Source of the DNA: an uncultured delta proteobacterium
GTDB lineage: Bacteria > Myxococcota > Myxococcia > Myxococcales > Myxococcaceae
Assembly (NCBI GenBank): GCA_963713045.1
Contig: CAVQKE010000004.1
Span: 576,001-640,000 of the forward strand
Length of the DNA stretch: 64,000 bases
Direction of reading: 5' to 3'
Position 1 is the first letter of the stretch. Each line of letters starts with the position of its first letter. Positions 29,292 through 38,173 of this stretch are shown in pieces. The notes under the pieces are model-generated. The model was not told the origin of the DNA, made no database searches, and was given only the letters and a program-made list of their open reading frames with translations. The position numbers and the translations under genes were made by a program.

Positions 29292-30518
29292 CTAGGTGAC
29301 GCGGAGGGTGACCCGCGAGACGACGTTGTTGTGGTACCCAGCTGGGTTGAAAGTCAGCTCAAGCGGCTGGGAGCTGCCCATTCGGTTGGTTGCCTTCGCC
29401 AGCACCACTTGCCTTCCCGCTCTCAGGGCTTTGAAGGTATGCCGAAATCCTCTGAAGGAGAACCGGCCCCGGTCGGTGTCGAGCTCGGCCGCACGCCAGC
29501 TCCTCCCGTCATCGGTTGAGACCTCGACCGTCTGAATGCCGTAGCCGGCGTCCCAGGCGATGCCCCTGACCTCGACGAGCTGACCGACGGCGAACGTCTG
29601 CCCCTCGCTGAGGTTGGTGATGAGCGACTTCACCAAGATGTCGGTGATGGGCGTTGTGGCGTCAGTTTCCTGAGAGAGGAAGCGATCGACCACCGGAAAC
29701 TTGCCTTTCGGGATGCGGTAGGCGGTCGACATCCAGAAGTTTCTGAGTGGCTGGGACACCACGCGAATCGAGACGATGTGCTTCATCCAGTAGGTTGCAG
29801 TCCAGCCTGGCACCACCAGGCGAACGGGCGCCCCGTTGAGGTGGGGCAGCGGTGCGCCGTTCATTTCCCAGGCGAGCATCGTGTTCCCGTCGCCGGCCTT
29901 CCACACCGGCAGGCTCTTCACGAAGTGTGGGGTTCGCTGAAAAAGGGGAAAGTCGGCGCCATTGTAGATGACCTCGATGGCCTCCTTCTTCACGCCCGTT
30001 CTGGCGAGAACGTCCTTCAATCGCACGCCCTTCCACTTCGCGTTCCCCATCGCGCCCGGCCCCCATTCGACGCCGGGCACATGGGGCTCCGAAAGTCCGC
30101 GGCGATTGCCCGAGCATTCGCACACCGCGGCGAACTCGACCGGCTCAAAGTCGTGCTGCAGCGACGCGAGCGTCAGTGTGAGCGGCCTCGCGACCGCGTC
30201 ACCGGCGACTTCCAGCTTCCACTCGGCCGATGCCACATCCGGGATCCACTCGACGTGGTAGCGGACAAAGAAGGCGTCGTTCGGGGTGAAGATGGTGTCG
30301 AAATCCTCGACGGGTGTTTCGTAGTTGGGCGGGCGGTACGACCGCTTGATGAGTGGTCGCTTGCCGGGTAAAGCCTCAAGCACGGACGCCTCGAGGGTGC
30401 CCAGCGGGAGGCCGCCCACGCCCGACGACGGGCCCTCAGCGGCAAACACCCTGGCCGGCAGCAGCGTCCCCACGCCGAGCATGGTTGCTTTCTTCAGGAA
30501 TTGCCGCCGGGTATTCAT
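29292..30518 (-). CDS. sorA: Tat-exported sulfite oxidase-family molybdoenzyme, SorA-like
   Basis: TRRQFLK Tat signal, FFVRYH, CSGNRR Mo-ligand Cys, MNGAPLPHLNGAPVRLVVPGW, GIAWDAG, NPAGYHNN. Confidence 0.88.
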   Translation of the reverse strand: MNTRRQFLKKATMLGVGTLLPARVFAAEGPSSGVGGLPLGTLEASVLEALPGKRPLIKRSYRPPNYETPVEDFDTIFTPNDAFFVRYHVEWIPDVASAEWKLEVAGDAVARPLTLTLASLQHDFEPVEFAAVCECSGNRRGLSEPHVPGVEWGPGAMGNAKWKGVRLKDVLARTGVKKEAIEVIYNGADFPLFQRTPHFVKSLPVWKAGDGNTMLAWEMNGAPLPHLNGAPVRLVVPGWTATYWMKHIVSIRVVSQPLRNFWMSTAYRIPKGKFPVVDRFLSQETDATTPITDILVKSLITNLSEGQTFAVGQLVEVRGIAWDAGYGIQTVEVSTDDGRSWRAAELDTDRGRFSFRGFRHTFKALRAGRQVVLAKATNRMGSSQPLELTFNPAGYHNNVVSRVTLRVT

Positions 30519-30999
30519 CTCTTATCCTCGGTGCGAGGGCTACCGGAGCAACGGGGGGGCGGCGAGCCTTGAGGAAGGCGTTGGGGCTGTCAAGCAAAGC
30601 GGGGCTCCCCGGAAACTCGGACTCTCGAGCTGCGACTGCGTGGTCGCTGGCGGCGTTTCGCTCGACAGCCTTTCGGCGGCACATCCCACCTGTCGTCCCA
30701 CCGCCCGGCTTCGCGAGGGATGTAGAGGGCACCTCGACATCTCCACACTGGAGTGAATCGCATGCGCAGCCGACGCTGCCTGGCCGCTCTTCTTCTCCAG
30801 GGGAAGGGCGCACCCTGCGCCGCCCTTTCGGTTGTTCTGGCTGCGTTGCATTTCCTCAGGGCCCGTCGCCACTCTTGACAGGAGAGCCGAGAGTGCCCAG
30901 CGCCCCCAGGGGCTTGTTGGGAAGCCCTCGTTCGGCCCGCCATCGACGCCGCCCAACTGCCGAACGCCGGGGTTTGCGCGGCTCGAGGAGGAGAGGGAC

Positions 31000-31480
31000 A
31001 TGACGCGACCAGCGCGGCTCATCGGCTTCTTCCTCGGGGCGCATGTCGGCTGCGGGAGCAGTCCCAGCCCCACGCCGACCGCCGGCAGTGCCACAGTCAG
31101 CGGCGCCCGCACAGGCACGGATAGCGCTTGGGGTTTTGCAATCAGCAACAACACCACCACGTACCCCAACCTCAACTTCGGCGGTCAATTTGCCCGGACA
31201 GCCCTCGCGGCGGGAACCTACACAGCCGCCAACTGGCAAGTGGTCAGGACGCTCGTCAGCTCATCTGCCATCGACACTGAACTTTGGACGCAGACGTTTG
31301 ACCCGTCGACTGGCGCCCAGACGGAAGGCACCTTCTCACTCACCATCTCGTCGACCGGCCCCGCCCTGATGGGAATGGGCAATACCGGATGGGCCCAGGC
31401 GCACGGAACGCTCACTGCGACTCTGGTACCCCGGGATGGAAACCCCTCCTCGGGCGCTTCGCCGCCGGGAAGCGGCGGGT
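31000..31480 (+). pseudogene. probable lipoprotein gene, 3' end apparently truncated (no stop before the convergent gene)
   Basis: GAGGAG RBS, signal ending HVGC, Thr/Ser/Gly beta-rich body; frame stays open to 32331 antisense to two genes. Confidence 0.55.
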
Positions 31481-31482
31481 GC

Positions 31483-32157
31483 TCATCGGAAGTCCACGGT
31501 GAAGACCTCCGAGTCGACCGTGCGGCCTCCGGGCAGAATGGCCTGCACGGACCAAAGTGCCCGGCCGCCCGACGGTTGAGTCGACAGAGCTTCAGGGGGA
31601 ATCCGCAACTCGCTGGTCGTCACGCCAAACTTTCGGTACAGGACCTCCAACGAGCTACTCATCACAGTCACCGAGTAGCGCTCGGCTCCGGGGTAAGGAG
31701 TCCAACGCAGCACGACGGCGTCTTTGGGCTGGGGGCCCGGGGCCGTGAGGGAGTCCAACGGCCGCTTGATGCCACGCTCCAATTCGAGCGCGCCGCTTCG
31801 GTAGGGATGTGCCCAAGGGCCCTGAAAAAAGAGGGCGGCAGCAAGGCCTGCGGCGAGCAACGTCAAGCCACCGGGAAGCAGCAGGGAACGTGCCCGTCGC
31901 CGATGGAGCGGGAGCAAGGCAGCCCCCGGCGCATCAGGCGTCTCTCGGTTGACGTCGAGTGCCACGCGCCAAGCTATCGAGCAATCGATGCAGCGAGCCG
32001 TGTGGTCCACAACTCTCCGCACCTCTTCGGCGGCGAGCCCCCCGGTGACGGCGGCCCAGAGCTGCGTGGCGGCCGGGCAGTCGTCCCGGACGTCCCGAGG
32101 GTCCGTCTTGCGGAATCTGTCAGCGAGCTGCTCTGCGTCGAGAACGGGCATCATCAT
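31483..32157 (-). CDS. zinc-binding (zf-HC2/ZAS) transmembrane anti-sigma factor
   Basis: DCP...HTARCIDC (C..HxxxCxxC), TM LLLPGGLTLLAAGLAAALFF, beta-rich C-terminal domain; ATGA overlap with the sigma gene. Confidence 0.82.
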   Translation of the reverse strand: MMMPVLDAEQLADRFRKTDPRDVRDDCPAATQLWAAVTGGLAAEEVRRVVDHTARCIDCSIAWRVALDVNRETPDAPGAALLPLHRRRARSLLLPGGLTLLAAGLAAALFFQGPWAHPYRSGALELERGIKRPLDSLTAPGPQPKDAVVLRWTPYPGAERYSVTVMSSSLEVLYRKFGVTTSELRIPPEALSTQPSGGRALWSVQAILPGGRTVDSEVFTVDFR

Positions 32158-32678
32158 TCCACCGCTTTAGAACCCAGGCATTGTCGAAGCTCCTCAAGGC
32201 CGCGGTACAGTAGGTTTTCGACGCGCTTCTCTTTCCAGCCCAAGGCCCGCGCCGTTTCAGAGGCCCGCGAACCCTGGAGGTACAACGTCACGGCGGTGCG
32301 TCGAGCTTCGGGAAGCCGTGCGAGGCACTGACGAATCGCGACCCCGACATCTGCGGGAGCAGCTTGTGCGTCGCCCAGCGCCCCGAGCGCAACCCGTTGC
32401 GCTTCCTGTCTCCTCTTCCTCCTCAGTTCATCGATGACCACCGTGAACGCGACCTGCCGTACATAAGACGCTCGAGGGGCCCCTGTTTCCCCGTCGACCC
32501 CCCGTTCAAATAGTTTTAGAAGCGCAGTTTGGACCAAATCCTCTCTCAGTGAAACTAAGTCGGACGGGCAGTGTTTCATCACAGCGCGAACCAAGACGGC
32601 ACGGAGCGCTGTCCAAGCGTCTTCCGCCGCAGACTGAGCTAATGGCTCCGCAATTGCGGGCCGATGCCGCCCTTCCAT
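32154..32678 (-). CDS. ECF sigma-70 factor
   Basis: EDLVQTALLKL, YVRQVAFTVVIDELRR, CLARLPEARRTAVTLYLQG, ETARALGWKEKRVENLLYRG. Confidence 0.9.
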   Translation of the reverse strand: MEGRHRPAIAEPLAQSAAEDAWTALRAVLVRAVMKHCPSDLVSLREDLVQTALLKLFERGVDGETGAPRASYVRQVAFTVVIDELRRKRRQEAQRVALGALGDAQAAPADVGVAIRQCLARLPEARRTAVTLYLQGSRASETARALGWKEKRVENLLYRGLEELRQCLGSKAVE

Positions 32679-32899
32679 GCTAGCGAGTGTACCGGTGTCG
32701 GGGAGGAGATGTCCCCAAGAGGACAGAATGAAGGGGCTCGGGGCCTCGCCCGCCTCGCAGTAGCGGGGGATGCCCTCGTTTCTCGACGTCGGCCCAGCAG
32801 GACGTCGGCGGAAGGTCGAGACTCCCGAGCCAAGGGAGACGCTGTGGAGGAGACCTCGCCGGCCACGGGTCAAACCCCAACCGGCGCGGCTGGACTGAC

Positions 32900-35686
32900 G
32901 TGCTGACGTTGGTGCTTTTCCTCGCGGCCGTACAGCCAAGTCACGACGTGGTCGCGCCTTGCCTCGCGGAGCTCCAACGAGAGCCGAAAGCCCTCAGCCC
33001 GTACCAATGTCTCATCGGCGCAGCAGCCCAGGGACAGGCACACACGGTGATGCACCTTCTTGTCCGGATGGTGCAACTCCATCCTGACGACCCGAGACCG
33101 CGCCTGTACCTTTCGCTGCTGAGAGAGTTTGGCGGGGAGGCGGTGCCCGAGAAAGAATTCCGGCTCGCCGCGGAAGGCTTCCGCCGGGAAGGCGAGCCCT
33201 TTGGACGCGTCTACTCGCTCACCTCGCTGGTCGGCAGCCAGTGTTTTACCCACCTCAGGTGCGACGCCGCGGCCGAAGGCCTCCTCACCGAAGCCGAGCG
33301 CGTCGCGGAGGAGTCGGACAGCAACCACCTACGGCGCTTGGTCCAATTGTTTTGGTTGCGCCTGTCGCTTCTCAAAGATGACGTCGCGCGTGCCGAGCGC
33401 GCCGCCGCGCGGCTGGATGCGATTGCCGGCGATGACCCGCCTTGGCTCAGCGCCCAGGTGTTCGAGGCCCGGGTGCGGCTCGCATACCAAACGAAGAACT
33501 TCGAGTGGGAGGAGGCCATCTGCTCGGACCTCCTCAAGAAAAGCGGACCCGGTACCGACGAGCACGCGATTGCGCTCGGGGGGCTGGGAGAAGCGATGGC
33601 GCACCTGGCCCTTCGAGGTCGGGAAGACCGTGCTGCCGCGGAGGACGTGCTGCGGCGTGCGCTCAAAGAGGAGGATCGCCGCGACCTCCACATGACCCTG
33701 GGTGGAAACGGGAGCTTTCGTACCAGGGAAGTTCTCGCGCTGCTGCTTGGACCCACGGAGGAATCGACGCGACTGCTGGAGCAGAACATCGCTCGGTCCA
33801 CACGGCAGGGAGGATGGACAGGATGGCTGGCGTACTCCACCGAATGGATACTTGCTCGAAACCTCATCGACGGCCGACCGGCGCACCCGTCCGAAGCACT
33901 TGACCTGGCTGATCGCTCCGCTCAGCGTGCGTCCGACGCGCATCAAGTGTGGGAACACGCCCACGCGGTTCTGGTCCGAGCCTATGTGCTCATCAAGTCT
34001 GGCCGGCGCGAGGAGGCGCGCCTGGCCGCCGACGCGGCGCTTCGTGAGTTGGAGGAACTCAGGCGCAAGCAGGAGGACATCGAGGTTCGGATTCGTTACG
34101 AGGACACGCTGGCCTTTGCCTACGAGTTGGTCGCCGGGCTCGCGCTCGATCCGCGCTTCGGTGAGATTCGTGAGGGAGATGTCGATTACGCATTCTCAGT
34201 CACCGAGCGGATGCGCGCGCGCGCGCTGCTCGAAGACGTTCTCGCTCGCGACCGAGCGAAGGGGCTTTGGCAACGAGACGAGATGCTGCTCCGGGGTCGA
34301 ATCACCTCGTATCAGGAGTTGCTGCTGGATGCGTCATCCTCACCGAGTGCGCGGTTGGCAGCCGTGGTTGAGCTCCGAGCGGCCGAGAGCCAGCTGCTCG
34401 ACCTTCGGACCAACGGGGTGAACCTGCCGAGACAGGACGACGCGTTTCCTTCGCTGAAGGCAATTCAGGCGGAACTCTCCCCGCGGGAGGCGCTCGTTTC
34501 CTTTCAGGAATGGAGTCCAGAGGCGCGGACCGATGCGCCGTTCGTTGATGGTCGGTCGTGGGCAACCATCGTCACCCGCTCGGCGATTCGCGTCGCGCAA
34601 ATTCCGAACGCCGATCAGCTCGAGTTGCGAGTGAACTTCTTCCGCCAAGTGTTGGGACGTCGTGACGGCTCGGAACGCTCGGGGAGCACCGTCCTCTACC
34701 AGGCGCTGATGAAGCAAGTCCTCGAAGTCCTGCCACCTGAAGTCAGCCATTTGGTCCTCATTCCCGATGGGCCCTTGCACCAGCTTCCATTCGACGCGCT
34801 GTTGATGACACCGTCCGGTCCGTTCCTGGCCGAACGATTCAACGTGACGTTGGTTCCATCCGCAGCAATTTGGCTTGCCATTCGGAGGCGTCCGCACGCG
34901 CCGGGAGGTTTGGCGTTGGCTCTGGTCGTGGCGAACCCGGGCCTGTCCAGCGGCGCTGCACGTCAGTGGGCCGCGCGCGGGCAACATCTCGAGGAGCTGA
35001 CACAAGCTTACGACGAGGGCCAACGGGCGGTGCGAGCGTTTCCGCCCGGGAGTCGGCTCTTTTCCGGCGCTTCCGCTTCAAAAAGCTCGCTGGTGTCGAT
35101 GAGCTTGGCGCCATTCACTCTCTTGCACTTCGCGACGCATTCCATCGTCGACCCCGTCGCGCCAGAGCGCTCCGCCATCGTGCTGGCCTCGGGGAGCGCG
35201 TCCGACGATGGCCTGCTCAGAGTCGAGGACATCTCGAAGCTCGGCCTTGCGGGAAAGACCGTGGTGCTGGCCGCTTGCAGCACCTCCGAAGGGCTCATTC
35301 GCCGTTCCGAAGGACTGATGAGTTTGAGCCGACCGTTCCTCGCCGCTGGGGGCCAGGCTGTCGTGGGAACACTGCAACGGGTTCGAGACGCCGAGTCCTC
35401 TCGATTTTTCGACGAATTCTATTCGGCCCTGGAGAAGGGGAATTCCTTGGCAGACTCACTCTGCGCCGCCAAGCGTGCGCGCATTCGAGCGGGGGCTCCA
35501 CCGGCCGCGTGGTCGGGCTTTGTCCTGCTGGGCAATGGCGATGCTGCGCCGCGCGCGGCCGACCCGAGTGACTCCCGCACCGTTGCCGAGCTTGTTTGCG
35601 CAGCTGGCGTCATGGTCGCGGTCGGGTTTCGGCTGAGTCGGGTGCAGACGCGGGCCCGAAAAGGTGCCACGGCCGAGCCGCCGTAA
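32900..35686 (+). CDS. TPR-like + CHAT (caspase-like) domain protein with N-terminal signal-like peptide and C-terminal hydrophobic anchor
   Basis: ERMRARALLE, LVLIPDGPLHQLPFDAL, LHFATHS (His), VVLAACST (Cys), GLMSLSRPFLAAGG, WSGFVLLG. Confidence 0.9.
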   Translation: MLTLVLFLAAVQPSHDVVAPCLAELQREPKALSPYQCLIGAAAQGQAHTVMHLLVRMVQLHPDDPRPRLYLSLLREFGGEAVPEKEFRLAAEGFRREGEPFGRVYSLTSLVGSQCFTHLRCDAAAEGLLTEAERVAEESDSNHLRRLVQLFWLRLSLLKDDVARAERAAARLDAIAGDDPPWLSAQVFEARVRLAYQTKNFEWEEAICSDLLKKSGPGTDEHAIALGGLGEAMAHLALRGREDRAAAEDVLRRALKEEDRRDLHMTLGGNGSFRTREVLALLLGPTEESTRLLEQNIARSTRQGGWTGWLAYSTEWILARNLIDGRPAHPSEALDLADRSAQRASDAHQVWEHAHAVLVRAYVLIKSGRREEARLAADAALRELEELRRKQEDIEVRIRYEDTLAFAYELVAGLALDPRFGEIREGDVDYAFSVTERMRARALLEDVLARDRAKGLWQRDEMLLRGRITSYQELLLDASSSPSARLAAVVELRAAESQLLDLRTNGVNLPRQDDAFPSLKAIQAELSPREALVSFQEWSPEARTDAPFVDGRSWATIVTRSAIRVAQIPNADQLELRVNFFRQVLGRRDGSERSGSTVLYQALMKQVLEVLPPEVSHLVLIPDGPLHQLPFDALLMTPSGPFLAERFNVTLVPSAAIWLAIRRRPHAPGGLALALVVANPGLSSGAARQWAARGQHLEELTQAYDEGQRAVRAFPPGSRLFSGASASKSSLVSMSLAPFTLLHFATHSIVDPVAPERSAIVLASGSASDDGLLRVEDISKLGLAGKTVVLAACSTSEGLIRRSEGLMSLSRPFLAAGGQAVVGTLQRVRDAESSRFFDEFYSALEKGNSLADSLCAAKRARIRAGAPPAAWSGFVLLGNGDAAPRAADPSDSRTVAELVCAAGVMVAVGFRLSRVQTRARKGATAEPP

Positions 35687-35766
35687 GGGGCCGAGTAAAC
35701 CCAAGCGCGGGCTCGGCCAGCCGTCCGAGGAAGTGGGGCTAAACCCCCTCGACCGTCCGCGTTTCA

Positions 35767-35803
35767 CTCCAGCCCTGACAGTGGCTGGAGCCGGCCCGCC
35801 GGC
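35767..35803. terminator. hairpins between convergent genes
   Basis: CTCCAGCC-N8-GGCTGGAG inverted repeat plus GCCGG-CCCG-CCGGC; no U-tract. Confidence 0.35.
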
Positions 35804-35805
35804 AC

Positions 35806-36336
35806 TTACTTCTTCGCGGCGAACGGCGTGTATCCGAACTTTTGCCCGCCCACGCTCGCCTCGTACATGAGGCCGCCCTTCGTGGCGGTGAAGATCGCCA
35901 CGCCCTTCTCGTACTTGGCGGTGGCCGCCGCCCCGGCCGAGAGAGCCACCGCCGATGCCTGCGCAGCCAGTGCGAAGTTGCCCTTCTTGAAGTCGCTCAG
36001 CGAGGATGCCGTCTCGAAGAAGATAACCTCCGAGTAGGTCTGGCCACCGAGCTGGAACCCGATGCTGGCCTGGCCCATGGACGACTTCCCCAGCGGCTGG
36101 CCGCCCACGAAGAGGATGCCGTCGCCACCGGCCCCGCCCACCACAACCGCGCCCTTGCCGATGGTGGGGAACACCGCATAGCCCGCCGCCGAGCTGAAGA
36201 ACTTCTCGATTTTCGGGTCAGTTTTCTTGAAGGTATCGACGGTGGCCCGCGCTTCGGAGATCAGCGCGTTGTCATCGGCCAGCGCGGTGGAAGCGACGAT
36301 GACGGCCAACGCGACGAGCAGGTTTGTTGGGCGCAT
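35806..36336 (-). CDS. lipid-binding SYLF/Ysc84 domain protein, exported
   Basis: signal peptide, GYAVFPTIGKG, ASIGFQLGGQ, KGGLMYEASVGGQKF. Confidence 0.88.
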   Translation of the reverse strand: MRPTNLLVALAVIVASTALADDNALISEARATVDTFKKTDPKIEKFFSSAAGYAVFPTIGKGAVVVGGAGGDGILFVGGQPLGKSSMGQASIGFQLGGQTYSEVIFFETASSLSDFKKGNFALAAQASAVALSAGAAATAKYEKGVAIFTATKGGLMYEASVGGQKFGYTPFAAKK

Positions 36337-36623
36337 GAAAAAAACCATACACCTTGCGGTTCCCTGTGTCGCAACCGACTTCGCGCTCCGGAGCGTGGCG
36401 GATCCAGTCTGCCTGTAGGCACCGGCAGGCTCACTGTCCGTGACATTGCTGTGCATCTTCCAGGAGGAGCCGTGGGCGTCGCGCCGGCCGCGAAGGAAAA
36501 GCCCACCAACGACGGCGTGCAGAAGGATGAGCGAGCTGCTCAAGGCCTGTTTAGCGGCAACGGATCCTCCGGTCCTGGGCGCCGGAGCTAGGAAGGTCCA
36601 CGGCCACGTGCTAGGGGGAAGCA

Positions 36624-38084
36624 ATGGGGCGCGCGTCTCGCGCTGGAGTCCTCGCCTTCCTGCTGGGCGGGACGCTGGTTGCAGCCCAGGCCAACTCCCC
36701 CGCGCCCCCCAAGGGGGGCACTGCCAAACAGGTAGTGCTCGCGCCCGCCAAGGGTGACTGGGATGAAATCCAGCGGCGCGGGGTCCTGCGGGCGCTGGTT
36801 GTCTACAGCCGGACCCTCTACTTCGTGGACCGGGGAAAGCAACGCGGCGCGACCTACGAGATGATTAAGGCGTTTGAGGATGACGTGAACAGGCGCCTCA
36901 AGACGAAGGCGCTCCGGTTTCACGTTGTCTTTATCCCGGTGACGCGAGACCAGCTCATCCCCGCGCTGTTGGAAGGACGGGGTGACATCGCAGCCGCCAA
37001 CCTCCTCATCACGCCGGAGCGCAGCCAGGTGGTGGACTTCACCGTCCCCGTGCTCGAGGACGTGAGCCAACTGGTGGTTACCGGACCCTCGGGGCCGAAG
37101 ATCTCGAGCTTGGACCAGCTGTCCGGACAGCCGGTCCACGTCCGGAAGTCGTCGAGCTACTGGGAGCACCTTGAGGCGCTCAACCGGCGGCTGGTCGAAC
37201 AAGGCCAGCAGCCGGTGAAGCTGGTTCCGGTGCCCGAGGAACTGGAGGACGAGGATGTGCTGGAGATGGTGAACGCCGGTCTCCTTCCCACCACCGTCTG
37301 CGACCAGTTTCACGCAACCTTCTGGAAGCACCTCTACAAGCAGCTCTCGTTCGACCCGTCGGTTGCGGTCAGCAGCGGCGGGTCCGCCGCCTGGATGATC
37401 CGAAAGGACAACCCCGAGCTGAAGGCAGTGCTGGACTCGTTCATCCAGAGGCACCGGAAGGGAACCGCCTTCGGGAACACGCTGCTCCGGCGCTACCAGG
37501 GGAACCCGTCCGCGGTACTCCCCGCCACTTCGGGAAGCGAGCTCAAGAAGTTCGAGAAGACGGTCGAGCTGTTCCGGAAGTATGGGCAGAAGTACGGCGT
37601 CGACTACCTGCTGGTGATGGCGCAGGGGTACCAAGAGTCCCGACTCGACCAGCGCGCCACCAGCCACGTCGGTGCCGTCGGCGTCATGCAGCTGATGCCG
37701 GCGACCGGAGCACAGATGAAGGTCGGCGACATCCATGAGCTGGAGCCGAACATCAACGGCGGCGTGAAGTACCTCCGCCACGTGGAGGACACCTACTTCG
37801 ACGAACCTGGGCTCGACCCGCTGACGAAAGGGCTCTTCGCCTTTGCCTCGTACAACGCGGGTCCGAACCGCGTCCAGTCGCTGCGAAGGGAAGCTGCCAA
37901 GCGCGGGCTGGACCCTAACCGGTGGTTCAAGAACGTGGAGTACGTGGCAGCCGACCGGATTGGCCAGGAGACCGTCACCTACGTCGCCAACATCTTCAAG
38001 TACTACGTTGCCTACCAGCTGGTCGCCGCGGCGCAGCAGGACCGCGCGACCGCGCGACAGCCACTCGAGACCACCAAACCCTGA
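36624..38084 (+). CDS. MltF-family lytic transglycosylase (SBP + SLT domains)
   Basis: RGVLRALV, GRGDIAAANLLITPER, AQGYQESRL, GAVGVMQLMP, ASYNAGP, ETVTYV. Confidence 0.9.
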   Translation: MGRASRAGVLAFLLGGTLVAAQANSPAPPKGGTAKQVVLAPAKGDWDEIQRRGVLRALVVYSRTLYFVDRGKQRGATYEMIKAFEDDVNRRLKTKALRFHVVFIPVTRDQLIPALLEGRGDIAAANLLITPERSQVVDFTVPVLEDVSQLVVTGPSGPKISSLDQLSGQPVHVRKSSSYWEHLEALNRRLVEQGQQPVKLVPVPEELEDEDVLEMVNAGLLPTTVCDQFHATFWKHLYKQLSFDPSVAVSSGGSAAWMIRKDNPELKAVLDSFIQRHRKGTAFGNTLLRRYQGNPSAVLPATSGSELKKFEKTVELFRKYGQKYGVDYLLVMAQGYQESRLDQRATSHVGAVGVMQLMPATGAQMKVGDIHELEPNINGGVKYLRHVEDTYFDEPGLDPLTKGLFAFASYNAGPNRVQSLRREAAKRGLDPNRWFKNVEYVAADRIGQETVTYVANIFKYYVAYQLVAAAQQDRATARQPLETTKP

Positions 38085-38173
38085 GCCATCAGGCGCGCGC
38101 CTCCCTCGCGGTGTGGCAGAGTCACCCGCAATTCCAGGTGCAGCGGATAGGCCTCGCCGCCTGGAACCGCTGC

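Noticed and set aside
32709..32906. 65-codon ORF (possible peptide ligand) overlapping the CHAT start
   Set aside because: GGAGG is only 2 nt from the ATG, there is no clean signal peptide, and the composition looks like GC-rich noise
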